Shown: positions 39,347 to 50,246, counted from the first letter of the stretch. The stretch is DNA of 64,000 nt from an uncultured delta proteobacterium (GCA_963821645.1 CAWGEQ010000039.1:76402-140401), one strand, 5' to 3'. The notes: generated by a model from the sequence alone, not told the origin. Made by a program: numbers and translations.

Positions 39347-40729
39347 GTGACTTTTCTAAAAGAAGAACCCTATGGAACCGTCAAGGCCTTTTTTTTGAGC
39401 GCCGCCGTCTGGTTTGTCATCGGTCCATTGATCGGCTTCATCGATGCCACCCATCTGGTCGCCCCGGACCTTTTAGGCAATATCTCCTGGCTGGTCTTCG
39501 GCCGGACCCGGCCCATGCACACCAATGTGGTCATCTTCGGTTTTGTCGGCACGGCCTTGTTAGGGTCGGCTTTTTATCTGGTGCCCACCTTGTTACGAAG
39601 CCCTCTTTACAGCGAACGATTGGGAAAGTTTTCCCTGTGGGTCTGGAATCTGACTATCATTTCCGGGACCGTCACCCTTTCCTTGGGCTATTCCCAGGGA
39701 CGGGAATATGCCGAGTGGATCTGGCCGGTCGATATGGGAGTCTTGTTGTGCTTTTGCCTGTTTTTTTATAATCTTTTTCGGACGGCCCAAAGACGTCAGG
39801 AAAAAACCTTGTATGTGTCCATCTGGTATATCTTCGCCGGTCTGGTCTATATCTTTCTGATCTATTTTTTCGGCAATGCCGTCTGGAACCCTTCCACCGG
39901 GGCCATTACCGGCCTGCCCGATGCTGTCCTGGCCTGGTTTTACGGCCATGGGGTGGTTGGGTTGTTTTTGACGCCCCTGGCCGTGGCCCTGGCTTATTAC
40001 ATCATTCCCATCGTCTGCCGGTCTCCTCTTTACAGCCACTCCCTGTCTCTGGTCGGGTTCTGGAGCATCCTGGTCCTTTACACGCACATCGGGGCCCACC
40101 ATCTTCTGCAGACGCCTCTGCCCACCTGGTTGAAGGTCGTGGCCATCACCGGCAGTTTGGGGATGTTCATCCCGGTTTTAACCGTGCTGATCAATCTCTG
40201 GCTGACCATGCGCGGCCGTCTGGGACTAATCCATGCCGACATAGGAGGCAAGTTCGTCATGGCCGGTCTAGTCTGGTATACCTTTACCTGCATTCAGGGC
40301 CCTTTGCAGGCTTTGCCCACGCTCCAGCGGGTGACCCATCTGACCAACTGGGTGGTTGCCCATGCCCACATGGGCGTTCTGGGATTTTCCGGAACCATTG
40401 CCCTGGGGGGGATTTATTTTATCCTGCCCAGGGTAACCGGCCGTCCCCTCTATAACCGCCGGTGGGCCGATATCCAATACTGGCTGGTGCTCATCGGCAT
40501 GTCCGGGTTTTTTTTGGTCCTGACGGCGGCCGGCCTGGTCCAGGGGCATGGCTGGCTGAACGGGGAGACAGTCTATAAGATCCTGCCTGAGATTCATGTT
40601 TACATGATCCTTCGGGCCTCCATCGGTCTGCTGATCATCGGCGGTGCGGTCCTGGGGCTGATCAATATCACCAAGAGTATTTACGGAGGGAAAGAGGCCT
40701 CCCTGGATTGGGAGGAGGAAGCCCCATGA
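39347..40729 (+). CDS. ccoN: cbb3-type (C-family) heme-copper oxidase subunit I
   Basis: RPMHTN, REYAE, WFYGH, LY.HIGAHHL and WVVAHAH: six His ligands plus the helix-VII Tyr. Confidence 0.88.
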   Translation: MTFLKEEPYGTVKAFFLSAAVWFVIGPLIGFIDATHLVAPDLLGNISWLVFGRTRPMHTNVVIFGFVGTALLGSAFYLVPTLLRSPLYSERLGKFSLWVWNLTIISGTVTLSLGYSQGREYAEWIWPVDMGVLLCFCLFFYNLFRTAQRRQEKTLYVSIWYIFAGLVYIFLIYFFGNAVWNPSTGAITGLPDAVLAWFYGHGVVGLFLTPLAVALAYYIIPIVCRSPLYSHSLSLVGFWSILVLYTHIGAHHLLQTPLPTWLKVVAITGSLGMFIPVLTVLINLWLTMRGRLGLIHADIGGKFVMAGLVWYTFTCIQGPLQALPTLQRVTHLTNWVVAHAHMGVLGFSGTIALGGIYFILPRVTGRPLYNRRWADIQYWLVLIGMSGFFLVLTAAGLVQGHGWLNGETVYKILPEIHVYMILRASIGLLIIGGAVLGLINITKSIYGGKEASLDWEEEAP

Positions 40730-41706
40730 AGATGAACCTGACGATCATTGTTTTCGGGGGCCTGATCATCTTCGCCCCGGTGTTGTTTATCGCCGTCATC
40801 TTGCCCTGGACGACCATCAGCGAACAGCCTTCGGAAATATTTCGGGTTAGATCTTCCCTGGAGGCCCGGGGTCGGGAAATCTATGTGCGAAACGGCTGCA
40901 CCTTTTGCCATACCCAGTTTATCCGGGATATCGACTATGGCGTCGGTGCCGAAAGGGTCGCCCTCTCGGGCGATTATGTCCAGGATCAGCCTCATCTGGT
41001 AGGCACCGAGCGGACCGGTCCGGACCTTTCCCAGGAAGGGGGGGAACACCCGGATGACTGGCATTTGGCCCACTTTACCAATCCCCGGTTTGTCCGTCCG
41101 GAATCGATCATGCCTTCCTGGAAATTTCTGGGAAAGGCAGATATCCGGGCACTGATCGCCTATAAACAAAGCCTGGGATTCCGCCAGGCCGACTTCCGGG
41201 TTCAGCGGCAGAAAACCTGGAAGGCCAAGGCCGTCCAGGCCTATGAGGCCGGGCCCGATGAGAATGTTGAGTGGCTGCATCAAATGGTCCCCGAGCCCTG
41301 GAGGAAGCTGACCGACCCCTACCCGACCACCGAAGCCGGGCTGGAACGGGGGCACAAGATTTATCAGGGCTTTTGTATCGGCTGTCACGGCCCGATCGGC
41401 GACGGCATGGGACCGGCCGAGCCCTATCTCTATCCCCCGCCGTTGAACTTTACTTTGTTGAACCAGCGGGGAATTTCCGGCGGCATCCTCTATCACCAAA
41501 TCATGAACGGCATCACCGGAACGGCCATGCCTTATTTCAAGAAGGACTTGGAATCCACCAAGATCTGGGAAGTGGGAAATTATGTGGCCGTTTATTTCAT
41601 CGGCCAAAGCGATGCCCATAAGGAACCCAAAGGGATCGATGCCGCCTACGAACCCCCGGGAAATGAGCCTCTGTCCAAGGCCTTGGGCCGGGAGAAGGAG
41701 AAATAG
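40726..41706 (+). CDS. ccoO: CcoO subunit fused to a second c-type cytochrome
   Basis: GCTFCHTQ, GTERTGPDL, SIMP; second domain CIGCHG...GTAMP. Confidence 0.88.
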   Translation: MKMNLTIIVFGGLIIFAPVLFIAVILPWTTISEQPSEIFRVRSSLEARGREIYVRNGCTFCHTQFIRDIDYGVGAERVALSGDYVQDQPHLVGTERTGPDLSQEGGEHPDDWHLAHFTNPRFVRPESIMPSWKFLGKADIRALIAYKQSLGFRQADFRVQRQKTWKAKAVQAYEAGPDENVEWLHQMVPEPWRKLTDPYPTTEAGLERGHKIYQGFCIGCHGPIGDGMGPAEPYLYPPPLNFTLLNQRGISGGILYHQIMNGITGTAMPYFKKDLESTKIWEVGNYVAVYFIGQSDAHKEPKGIDAAYEPPGNEPLSKALGREKEK

Positions 41707-41961
41707 ATGTATTTTTCAGCCTGGGTGATTTTGATCGCTTTCAGCCTGTGGGCCTCGCTGGTGGCCTTTTTGTGGGGACTGCGGAGCGGACAATTTTCCG
41801 ATCAGGACAGGGCCCGTTACCTGCCCCTGCGGGATATTTTGCCTCAGCCCATGATCAAGAATCCGGCCAGGTTGACACTGGAGGTTTATGTCCTGATGTT
41901 TATCGGACTGTTGATGTTCGTGGGTTTAGCGGGAACTTTCTATTTAGCCCTGACAGGGTAA
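41707..41961 (+). CDS. ccoS: CcoS/FixS maturation protein with an extra TM helix
   Basis: FLWGLRSGQFSD motif. Confidence 0.82.
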   Translation: MYFSAWVILIAFSLWASLVAFLWGLRSGQFSDQDRARYLPLRDILPQPMIKNPARLTLEVYVLMFIGLLMFVGLAGTFYLALTG

Positions 41962-41970
41962 GGTGCGGAC

Positions 41971-42252
41971 ATGCCCTTCTTCCCCTTGACAACCTTGCAG
42001 GAAATGGCCCTGGCCTTTTTTTTAGGGTTGGGGACCCTAGTCCTGCTCTATGTGGCCTGGGCCTTTTATCCCAAAGGCAGGCCGGAGTTAAGCGGAGAGG
42101 ATATAAAAAAGGCGGGGAAGACCGGGGCCGGGGAGGAAAAGAAGAAGGACAATCCCGTGCCGCCATTTCTTATTTTTGCTTACGTCGCTGTCATCGTTTG
42201 GGCCCTGTCTTACTTGATCGTGGTCGGTCTTGGAGGAAAGGCCATTGGGTAG
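41971..42252 (+). CDS. Small two-TM hypothetical protein in the oxidase operon
   Basis: Two hydrophobic segments around a charged loop; operonic spacing. Confidence 0.6.
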   Translation: MPFFPLTTLQEMALAFFLGLGTLVLLYVAWAFYPKGRPELSGEDIKKAGKTGAGEEKKKDNPVPPFLIFAYVAVIVWALSYLIVVGLGGKAIG

Positions 42253-42253
42253 A

Positions 42254-42676
42254 ATGGAATCGAACAACCCGAACAACAAAAGCCAGGCCCAAGTTCCCCA
42301 GGAAAATGAGGGATCAACGGCCATGAGCTGGGTCGTGGTGCTGGCCATTGCCGTGGCCTTTTTACTCTGGGGGCTATTTATTTTTTTCGTCGTCGGGGTC
42401 AGTTGGCCACCACCCTGGCGCTACGGCACCATTGCCGATGTGCCCGGCCAGTCAGTCTATTCGGTCCGTGGGGCTGAAAAACAGGCCGGCACGGCCCCTT
42501 TGGAAGAAGGAGAAAAGATACGGCAGCAGCATGTCATGGGCCAGCCCAGAGAAACTGAAAACCCCGTGGTCAAGGAGGATTGTAACCATGTCTTGGCGAA
42601 AAGGATTCTTTATCTCCGGTCTGGTGGCGGGCCTCGTAGCCTTCTCCCTTTTTGTTCTTTCCATCCTGTTCAGTAA
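42254..42676 (+). CDS. Small membrane protein (PPPW..G...DVPGQS); true stop may lie near 42585
   Basis: Single long TM segment; overlaps the next gene as sequenced. Confidence 0.55.
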   Translation: MESNNPNNKSQAQVPQENEGSTAMSWVVVLAIAVAFLLWGLFIFFVVGVSWPPPWRYGTIADVPGQSVYSVRGAEKQAGTAPLEEGEKIRQQHVMGQPRETENPVVKEDCNHVLAKRILYLRSGGGPRSLLPFCSFHPVQ

Positions 42677-43104
42677 CTATTATGGCCGGATGAGGGATGA
42701 TGAGGCCATCAACACCTTTCAAATTTCCTTTCCCGATCATGCCCAAGGGGACCATCCCGCTGGGCGGGGGCATTGAGACCTTGCGAAGATCAAACCCCAG
42801 ACAATTGATCAACCCCTTGCCCATGACCCGGGCGATTATAAACCAAGGAAGGCAAAGTTATCTCTACTACTGCGTACAATGCCATGGTGCCGGACTCGAC
42901 GGAAAGGCCACGGTGGGACAAAGTTTTTATCCTTTACCCACTTATCTTTTGGACCCCAAGGTGCAGGCCCAGAGCGACGGAGAACTTTTTTACAAAATCA
43001 GTCTGGGCAACAAAAGGCAACCGCCATTATATGCCACCGTCGCCGTGGAAGACCGCTGGGCCGTCATCAATTATTTGAGGGCCCTGGCCAAAGGAAAAAT
43101 TTGA
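42588..43104 (+). CDS. Membrane-anchored monoheme cytochrome c (ActE-like); +1 frameshift near 42735
   Basis: AAGGAGG RBS; TM anchor, GRM, PKGTIP, CVQCHG, SDGELF and DRWAVINY. Confidence 0.72.
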
Positions 43105-43118
43105 TTTAGGATTCTCTA

Positions 43119-43820
43119 ATGACTATTGATCTCCTGGCCCCTTTTCTGATCGGATTGTTCGGCAGCCTGCACTGTCTGGGGATGTGCGGTCCTTTGGTCA
43201 TGGCTTACTCCCTGCACATCAATAGCCCTGAAACCAGGGCCGCGGGTTTAAGTCCTTCTCCCTGGGGCAAAGGATTTTCACACCACTTGGCCTACCATCT
43301 GGGAAGGCTGACCACTTATGGAATTTTAGGTGCCCTGGCCGCGGGTCTTTTTCGGGCCATAGGTCTCAATCTATTTCTGAACGCCCGTGGAGTCCTCATC
43401 CTGGCCGGAGGGGCTTTGATCACCCTTCTGGGACTGGTGTTTTTGCGGATGGTTCCCTTGCCTTCTCTTTTGGGTCGATTTTCCCTGGCCCCTCAACTGC
43501 TGGGGAACCGCCTCCTGCCTCCTTTGTTTAAATCACCGGTCCCCATTTCCAAAATGGCCCTGGGACTGATAAGCGGCCTCCTGCCCTGCTGTCTATCGCT
43601 TTCCATGCTCATCAAAGCGGCCACAACGGAAAATATGGCCGAAGGGTTTATGACCATGGCGGCCTTTGGCCTGGGCACGGCGCCCACCCTCCTGGCCCTT
43701 GGGGTTTCTGCCTCCCTGCTGACTTTGCGGACCAGGATTATCGGGGAAAGGCTCGCCGCCCTTTCAATCATCGCTATGGGCCTAATTTTAGTCTTTAAGG
43801 GTGCGCGGCTTCTGGTATAA
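43119..43820 (+). CDS. DsbD_2/TauE-like membrane protein (cbb3 biogenesis)
   Basis: GSLHCLGMCG, GR..TY, GLLPC and FGLGT motifs. Confidence 0.85.
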   Translation: MTIDLLAPFLIGLFGSLHCLGMCGPLVMAYSLHINSPETRAAGLSPSPWGKGFSHHLAYHLGRLTTYGILGALAAGLFRAIGLNLFLNARGVLILAGGALITLLGLVFLRMVPLPSLLGRFSLAPQLLGNRLLPPLFKSPVPISKMALGLISGLLPCCLSLSMLIKAATTENMAEGFMTMAAFGLGTAPTLLALGVSASLLTLRTRIIGERLAALSIIAMGLILVFKGARLLV

Positions 43821-43827
43821 AAGGCGG

Positions 43828-43978
43828 GGTCAAGGTTCAAGGTACAAGGTTTAAGGTAGAGATATTACCCGACGTTTTGTTTTTAAAATAAAAATTCTCC
43901 CTTTGAGTCGTTCCGGCGCCTACCACGGATCCGGATCAAGTCCGGAGCAGGCTTTGATCCGGGGTTCGCCGGGACCAA
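43828..43978. repeat. Heptamer array plus nested REP-like palindrome
   Basis: ggtcaa-ggttcaa-ggtacaa-ggtttaa; GTCGTTCCGGCG...[CCGGATCAAGTCCGG..CAGG]...CGCCGG. Confidence 0.55.
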
Positions 43979-43981
43979 TAG

Positions 43982-46444
43982 TTGGAGGTTCTGAGTATTG
44001 TGGAATGTCAACTATGCGGTCTGCCGGTAGGCCGTTCCGGTGTTAAGGAAAAACAAGGGGAGAACCTCCTTCATTTCTGCTGTTTTGGCTGCCGGCAAGT
44101 CTATCAAATCCTTTCCAGCCTTCCCGGCGGTCTGCCGGCCGACTTTAAAAATACGGATCTCTATCAGCTCTGTGCGTCCTCTAACCTAATCGGTAAGAAT
44201 TTTGAAGACCCGAAGGAAAGCCGGGGGCCGATTCCTGGAAAAAATCCAGCGGGTTTTGAAGCTCTTGGATCGGAAGATCTTCTGGCCAAAGAATTGGTCC
44301 TAAGAGTCGAGGGCATGTGGTGCAGCGCCTGTTCCTGGTTGATTGAAGGGGTCTTAAACCGCAGCCGGGGGATACTCAAGGTGCAAGCCTTGTTTGTCTC
44401 CGACCTGGTCCGGGTTAAATATCTTCCCCACGAGGTGACACTCACGGAAATCCAAGACCGGATCTCCAGACTGGGATACCGTTCCTCCTCTTTTCAGGAT
44501 CCGGCGGGTGACTCGAAGGAGAGAAAAAAGATCCAACTTCGTCTGGGTATTTCGGCCATCTTGACGGTCCATGTCATGATGATTTCCCTGGCCCTTTACG
44601 CCGGATTTTTCAAAGACCTGGGGCCTGAGGGCATCGGTTATCTCTCCTACCCCCTCTGGATCCTGAGTACGCCGGTCCTCTTCTATGGGGGACTTCCCAT
44701 TTTTAAAAAGGCCTTGATCGGACTGCGCTATGGGAATCCAACCATGGAGGCCCTTATTTCCATCAGCGCCCTGTCGGCCTATTTTTACAGCCTCATTCAG
44801 ATGAGGCAGGGCAGTCTTCATCTTTATTTCGATACGGCTGCCATGTTGATCGTCCTGGTCCTCCTGGGGAAATATCTGGAGGCCGGGGCCAAGGAGAGGA
44901 TCTCGCGAGGTCTTATCGAACTCTATCACTTAGCCAATCAAAAGGTGCGTCGGTTAACCAATGAAGGGGAATCCTGGCTGGCTGCCGACAAGGTTCAACC
45001 GGGAGACGTATTTCAGGTCCTGGCCGGAGAAAGGCTGCCGGTAGACGGCCTTATCCTTTCCGGGCAGGCTGCTCTGGATGAATCTTATCTGACCGGCGAA
45101 TCCCGGCCGATAAAAAGAGGGCCGAACGATGAAATTCGGGCCGGTTCACTGGTCCTTGAAAATGACCTTGAAGTCAGGGCCACCCGGGTAGGGGCTGATA
45201 GCGCGACTGGACAGATCATTAACCTGATGCAGGAAGGCCTGTCTAAGAAGACGGCTGTCGAACTTTTTGCCGATCGGCTGACCCGCTGGGTCGTGCCGTC
45301 TCTGTTGTGCCTGGCTGCCGGGACTGCCTGGGTTCTTTACTTTCACGGTCATTCACTACAGGAAAGTCTGCTTCGGGCCGTAACGATCCTGGTCATCTCC
45401 TGCCCCTGCGCCCTGGGTATCGCCACTCCTTTGGCCAAGGTGGCGGCCATCGGAAAGGGCCGGACAAAGGGCATCCTGATCCGTGATCCGGCGGCCCTGG
45501 AAAAAATAAGAAAGCTCGACGTGCTGATCTTTGATAAGACCGGGACCTTGACCGAAGGCCGCTACTGTTTAAGGGAAATGGTCCACTTTGGAGGCACCGA
45601 GGAAGAAGCTTGGCAAAAGATTGCCTCCATTGAAACCCTCTCCGATCATTTTCTGGCCAGGGAAATCCAAAACAAGGCCCGGGAGTTTTCTTTGCCCTTA
45701 GGGGAAGTGAAGGACTTTAAAACCAAGGCCGGATTGGGAGTTAAAGGTACGGTGGCCGGCTGCGAGGTGGTTATAGGAAACAGGAGGATGATGCATTCTC
45801 AGGGACTGGACCTTCCCCCGTCTCTTGAGTCTCAGACCAAATCCCTGGAGGCCGCAGGAAGGACCATCGTCTTTTTTGGCTGGCAGAATAAGGTTCAAGG
45901 TTTTTTAGCCTTTGGGGATAGTCTAAAAGAAGTGGCCGGTCGGGCCCTTTGGGGCCTGCAACAAAATGGATTTCAAACCCGGATCGTTTCCGGCGACTCT
46001 TCGGAGACCACCGGGTCAATCGCCCGGGAATTAGGCCTGGTGCCTTTTGTCGGCCAGGCCCTGCCCCAGGAAAAGGCCCGGATCATCAGGGAGCTACAGG
46101 ACCAGGGGCATCAGGTGGGCATGATCGGCGACGGGCTCAATGATGCCGCGGCCTTGGCCCAGGCCGATGTGGGTTTTGCCCTGGGGACCCGGGCCGGGAT
46201 ACTAACGGAGGCCTCGGATATCACCCTGTTGAGCGATGATCCTTCGAAGATCCAGGAAGCCATTGATCTCTCCGGCCAGACCTTCAGCATCATTCGCCAA
46301 AACCTCCTGTTCGCCTTTTTTTATAATCTCCTGGGAATTCCCCTGGCGATGATGGGGCTGTTAAATCCCCTGATTGCCGCTCTGGCCATGTTTGCCAGCA
46401 GCTTGACCGTGGTCGGAAACACCATGAGGATTTATAGAAGATGA
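43982..46444 (+). CDS. ccoI: Cu-type P1B ATPase (CcoI/FixI-like)
   Basis: CQLCG..FCCFGC, GMWCSAC, TGES, CPC, DKTGT, GDGLND, YN and MFASS motifs. Confidence 0.88.
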   Translation: MEVLSIVECQLCGLPVGRSGVKEKQGENLLHFCCFGCRQVYQILSSLPGGLPADFKNTDLYQLCASSNLIGKNFEDPKESRGPIPGKNPAGFEALGSEDLLAKELVLRVEGMWCSACSWLIEGVLNRSRGILKVQALFVSDLVRVKYLPHEVTLTEIQDRISRLGYRSSSFQDPAGDSKERKKIQLRLGISAILTVHVMMISLALYAGFFKDLGPEGIGYLSYPLWILSTPVLFYGGLPIFKKALIGLRYGNPTMEALISISALSAYFYSLIQMRQGSLHLYFDTAAMLIVLVLLGKYLEAGAKERISRGLIELYHLANQKVRRLTNEGESWLAADKVQPGDVFQVLAGERLPVDGLILSGQAALDESYLTGESRPIKRGPNDEIRAGSLVLENDLEVRATRVGADSATGQIINLMQEGLSKKTAVELFADRLTRWVVPSLLCLAAGTAWVLYFHGHSLQESLLRAVTILVISCPCALGIATPLAKVAAIGKGRTKGILIRDPAALEKIRKLDVLIFDKTGTLTEGRYCLREMVHFGGTEEEAWQKIASIETLSDHFLAREIQNKAREFSLPLGEVKDFKTKAGLGVKGTVAGCEVVIGNRRMMHSQGLDLPPSLESQTKSLEAAGRTIVFFGWQNKVQGFLAFGDSLKEVAGRALWGLQQNGFQTRIVSGDSSETTGSIARELGLVPFVGQALPQEKARIIRELQDQGHQVGMIGDGLNDAAALAQADVGFALGTRAGILTEASDITLLSDDPSKIQEAIDLSGQTFSIIRQNLLFAFFYNLLGIPLAMMGLLNPLIAALAMFASSLTVVGNTMRIYRR

Positions 46445-46497
46445 ATACCCGAAATTCGGCAACTCCATTATCAAGCGGTGAATTAACCGCCCGCTCC

Positions 46498-46526
46498 TTG
46501 ACAAACAAGGGTGAAATGGTTAATTT
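46498..46526 (+). promoter_or_regulatory. Sigma70-type promoter of clpB
   Basis: TTGACA-N17-TAATTT. Confidence 0.5.
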
Positions 46527-46616
46527 TTTTGGAACAATTGACCATAGAAAGAGCATATAAATAGAAGGCCGGAAGGCCTTAACTGCCGGTTAAGGCTTCT
46601 CGGTCAGGAGGAATCA

Positions 46617-49208
46617 ATGCGTTTTGATAAATTTACCATCAAGGTTCAAGAGGGCTTGCAATCGGCCCAATCCCTGTCCGAGGGCATGGGCCATCAACAG
46701 ATCGAACCGGAACACTTAATGACCGCCCTGTTGAATCAGCCGGACAATATCATTTTACCTATCCTTCAAAAAATGGGAATTAATCCCAACCAGGTTAAGA
46801 ATAACCTGAAAGCACAATTAGACAAGACGCCCAGGGTGGAAGGGACAGGCAAGGGGCAGGCCTATATGTCATCCAGGCTTAAGACCGTTCTGGATGAATC
46901 TTTTAATATAGCCTCTCAGATGAAGGACGATTACGTGAGTATGGAGCACGTCCTGATCGCCCTGGTCGAACAAAAGGGGGATCCTCTGGCCCAGGGTTTA
47001 CTTGCCCTTGGCTTGACTCGGGAAAACCTGCTCAAGGCCCTGGTGGATATTCGGGGAAGCCAAAGGGTCACCGATCCAAATCCGGAAGAAAAATACCGTC
47101 CCCTGGAAAAATTCGCCAAGGACCTGACCGAATTGGCCCGGCAGGAAAAATTGGACCCGGTCATCGGCCGGGACGATGAAGTGCGACGAATTATTCAGGT
47201 CTTATCAAGACGGACCAAAAACAACCCGGTTTTAATCGGAGAACCCGGCGTGGGGAAGACGGCCATTGTCGAAGGGTTGGCCCAACGGATCGTCCACGGC
47301 GATGTGCCCGAGGGGTTGAAAAACAAACGGGTCGTGGCCCTGGACATGGGGGCCTTGATCGCCGGGGCCAAGTACCGCGGGGAATTTGAGGATCGGCTCA
47401 AAGCGGTGCTCAAAGAGGTGACCGAGGCCCAGGGCGAGATCATCCTGTTTATCGACGAGCTTCATACCCTGGTGGGGGCCGGCAAGGCCGAAGGGTCCGT
47501 GGATGCCGGCAACATGCTCAAACCGGCCTTGGCCCGGGGAGAATTGCGTTGCGTCGGGGCCACCACCATCAATGAATACCGGAAGTACGTGGAAAAAGAC
47601 GCCGCCCTGGAACGGAGGTTTCAACCGGTATTGGTCAATGAACCCACCGTGGAGGACACCATTGCTATCCTCCGGGGTCTGAAGGAAAAGTACGAAGTCC
47701 ATCATGGGGTGAGGATCAAAGATTCGGCCATTGTGGCTGCGGCCACCTTGTCCAATCGTTATATTACCGACCGTTTTTTACCGGACAAGGCCATTGACCT
47801 GATTGATGAGTCCGCTTCCAAACTACGGATCGAGATCGACAGCCTGCCCCAGGAGATCGACGAACTGGACCGGAAGATCCTGCAAATGGAGATCGAAAAA
47901 GAGGCCCTCAAGAAAGAGGTGGACCCGGCTTCCAAAGAACGGCGGGAGAAGATCGAAAAAGAATTATCGGAGCTTAAAGGACAAAGCGGGGAGATGAAGG
48001 CCCACTGGCAGAAGGAAAAGGCGGCCATCCAGAAGATCAGACAAATCAAGGAGGAGATAGAACAAAAGAAGACCGAGGCCCTGAATGCCGAAAGACAGGG
48101 GGACCTGACCCGGGCAGCCGAAATCCGCTATGGGGTGCTCCTGAACATGAATAAACAACTCGAAGAAGAAAATAAGAGCTTAGAATCCCTCCAGCAAACA
48201 AAGAAGATGCTGAAAGAGGAAGTGGATGATGAGGACATCGCTGAAGTGGTGGCCAAATGGACCGGCATCCCGGTTTCCCGGATGATGGAAGGAGAAAAAC
48301 AGAAACTGATTCGCATGGAAGAGCGGATCAAGGAAAGGGTCATCGGCCAGGAAGAGGCCATCCGGGCCGTGGCCAATGCCGTCCGCCGGGCCCGCTCCGG
48401 GCTGCAAGACCCCAACCGTCCCATCGGTTCCTTCATCTTTATGGGTCCCACGGGGGTGGGCAAGACCGAACTGGCCAAGGCCCTGGCCGAGTTTCTTTTT
48501 GACGATGAACAGGCCATGATTCGGGTCGATATGTCCGAATACATGGAGAAGCATTCGGTTTCCCGGTTGATCGGCGCTCCGCCGGGTTATGTGGGCTATG
48601 AAGAAGGGGGGTATCTGACCGAAGCCGTCCGCCGCAAGCCCTATTCGGTGGTGCTCTTTGATGAAATCGAGAAGGCCCATCCCGAGGTCTTTAATGCCCT
48701 GCTCCAAATCCTGGATGACGGCCGGATGACCGACGGACAGGGAAGGACCGTTGATTTTAAAAATACCCTGGTCATCATGACTTCCAACATCGGCAGCCAG
48801 CTTATCCAGGACCTGCTTGGAGGGGAGCGGGAGGAGATGACCCGGCGAGTCATGGAGGCCTTGCGGGCCCATTTCAAGCCTGAATTCTTAAACCGGGTTG
48901 ACGATATCATCATCTTTCAGGCCTTAAACAGGGATCAGATCAAGGCCATCGTGGATATCCAGGTCAGGCTGTTGCAAAAAAGGCTGGCCGAAAAGAAATT
49001 GGACATCGAGTTGACCGATAGGACCCGGGAACAAATCGCTCAGGAGGGGTTTGATCCGGTATACGGGGCCAGACCGCTCAAACGGGTCATGCAGCACCGT
49101 ATCCAGGATGCCCTGGCCTTAAAACTCCTGGAGGGGGAATTTATTGAGGGTGAAAAAATCATCGTCGACGCCACCCCTAAAGGAGAGATCGTTTTCAAGA
49201 AAGGATAA
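46617..49208 (+). CDS. clpB: Chaperone ClpB
   Basis: Two AAA+ Walker A motifs ([16 protein letters not shown]), coiled-coil middle domain, 863 aa. Confidence 0.98.
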   Translation: MRFDKFTIKVQEGLQSAQSLSEGMGHQQIEPEHLMTALLNQPDNIILPILQKMGINPNQVKNNLKAQLDKTPRVEGTGKGQAYMSSRLKTVLDESFNIASQMKDDYVSMEHVLIALVEQKGDPLAQGLLALGLTRENLLKALVDIRGSQRVTDPNPEEKYRPLEKFAKDLTELARQEKLDPVIGRDDEVRRIIQVLSRRTKNNPVLIGEPGVGKTAIVEGLAQRIVHGDVPEGLKNKRVVALDMGALIAGAKYRGEFEDRLKAVLKEVTEAQGEIILFIDELHTLVGAGKAEGSVDAGNMLKPALARGELRCVGATTINEYRKYVEKDAALERRFQPVLVNEPTVEDTIAILRGLKEKYEVHHGVRIKDSAIVAAATLSNRYITDRFLPDKAIDLIDESASKLRIEIDSLPQEIDELDRKILQMEIEKEALKKEVDPASKERREKIEKELSELKGQSGEMKAHWQKEKAAIQKIRQIKEEIEQKKTEALNAERQGDLTRAAEIRYGVLLNMNKQLEEENKSLESLQQTKKMLKEEVDDEDIAEVVAKWTGIPVSRMMEGEKQKLIRMEERIKERVIGQEEAIRAVANAVRRARSGLQDPNRPIGSFIFMGPTGVGKTELAKALAEFLFDDEQAMIRVDMSEYMEKHSVSRLIGAPPGYVGYEEGGYLTEAVRRKPYSVVLFDEIEKAHPEVFNALLQILDDGRMTDGQGRTVDFKNTLVIMTSNIGSQLIQDLLGGEREEMTRRVMEALRAHFKPEFLNRVDDIIIFQALNRDQIKAIVDIQVRLLQKRLAEKKLDIELTDRTREQIAQEGFDPVYGARPLKRVMQHRIQDALALKLLEGEFIEGEKIIVDATPKGEIVFKKG

Positions 49209-49352
49209 CTCTCGGTTTTTGGTATTGGGTCAGTTTAAAGCCTTCCCGGTTTTTCTTGACAAGGACAAAAAGGTTGATAGCATATTTAACCTATTGGCCT
49301 TTTTACAAGTCCATCAAAAGTGAGATATGAAAAATTTAAGGAGTTTATTTCA

Positions 49353-50211
49353 ATGTTTTCTAATACTATAAAGACCACACTGTTATTAGGGCTGATGACC
49401 GCCCTGATCATTCTCATCGGTGGTGCCGTGGGGGGTCAGCATGGAATGGTTATAGCCTTCTTCCTGGCCGGGAGTCATGAACCTGGGGAGTTATTGGTTT
49501 TCCGATAAGATCGTCCTGGCCATGTACCGGGCCAAGGAAATCGCCCCAGGAGACCATCCGGAGATCCACCAGGTCGTAATGGAACTGGCCCAGCATGCCG
49601 GCATTCCCAAGCCAAGAATCTTTTTGATTGATGATGATTCTCCCAATGCCTTTGCCACGGGAAGGAACCCCCAGCATGCCGTTGTGGCCGTTACCTCCGG
49701 TATCCTTCGCATACTTTCCCGTCAGGAACTCACGGGGGTCCTGGCCCATGAATTGGCCCATGTCAAAAACCGGGATATCTTAATCAGCTCCATTGCCGCC
49801 ACCATGGCCGGGGCCATCATGATTTTGGCTAACATGGCCCGCTGGGCGGCCATCTTTGGCGGAAGTCGGAATTCGGAAGAAGGGGAAGGAGGCGGAGGGA
49901 TCATCGGCCTTCTGGTCATGACCATCGTGGCCCCCATCGCCGCTATGCTGATTCAGATGGCCATCTCCCGTTCCCGGGAATATTTGGCCGACGCCTCTGG
50001 TGCCCATTTTTCGGGAAACCCCCTGGGGCTGGCCGGGGCATTGGAAAAATTACAGGTCGCTTCCCAGCGCATTCCCCTGGAAAACCCTAACCCGGCCACG
50101 GCCCACATGTTTATCGTCAATCCCCTGGCGGGTCGAAGTCTGCTCAACCTGTTTTCCACCCACCCGCCCATCGAGGAACGCATCGCCCGGCTCCGTTCAA
50201 TGAGGTATTAA
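49353..50211 (+). CDS. htpX: Zinc metalloprotease HtpX; +1 frameshift near 49473
   Basis: [21 protein letters not shown] and STHPP motifs. Confidence 0.93.
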
Positions 50212-50246
50212 ACCCACATACCCACGGTGGGCACTGCCTGGCCTGA

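Noticed and set aside
39347-40729. Nitric oxide reductase (cNOR/qNOR) assignment
   Set aside because: It lacks the HLWVE-type glutamate motif, has the helix-VII Tyr, and is flanked by ccoO, ccoS and ccoI.
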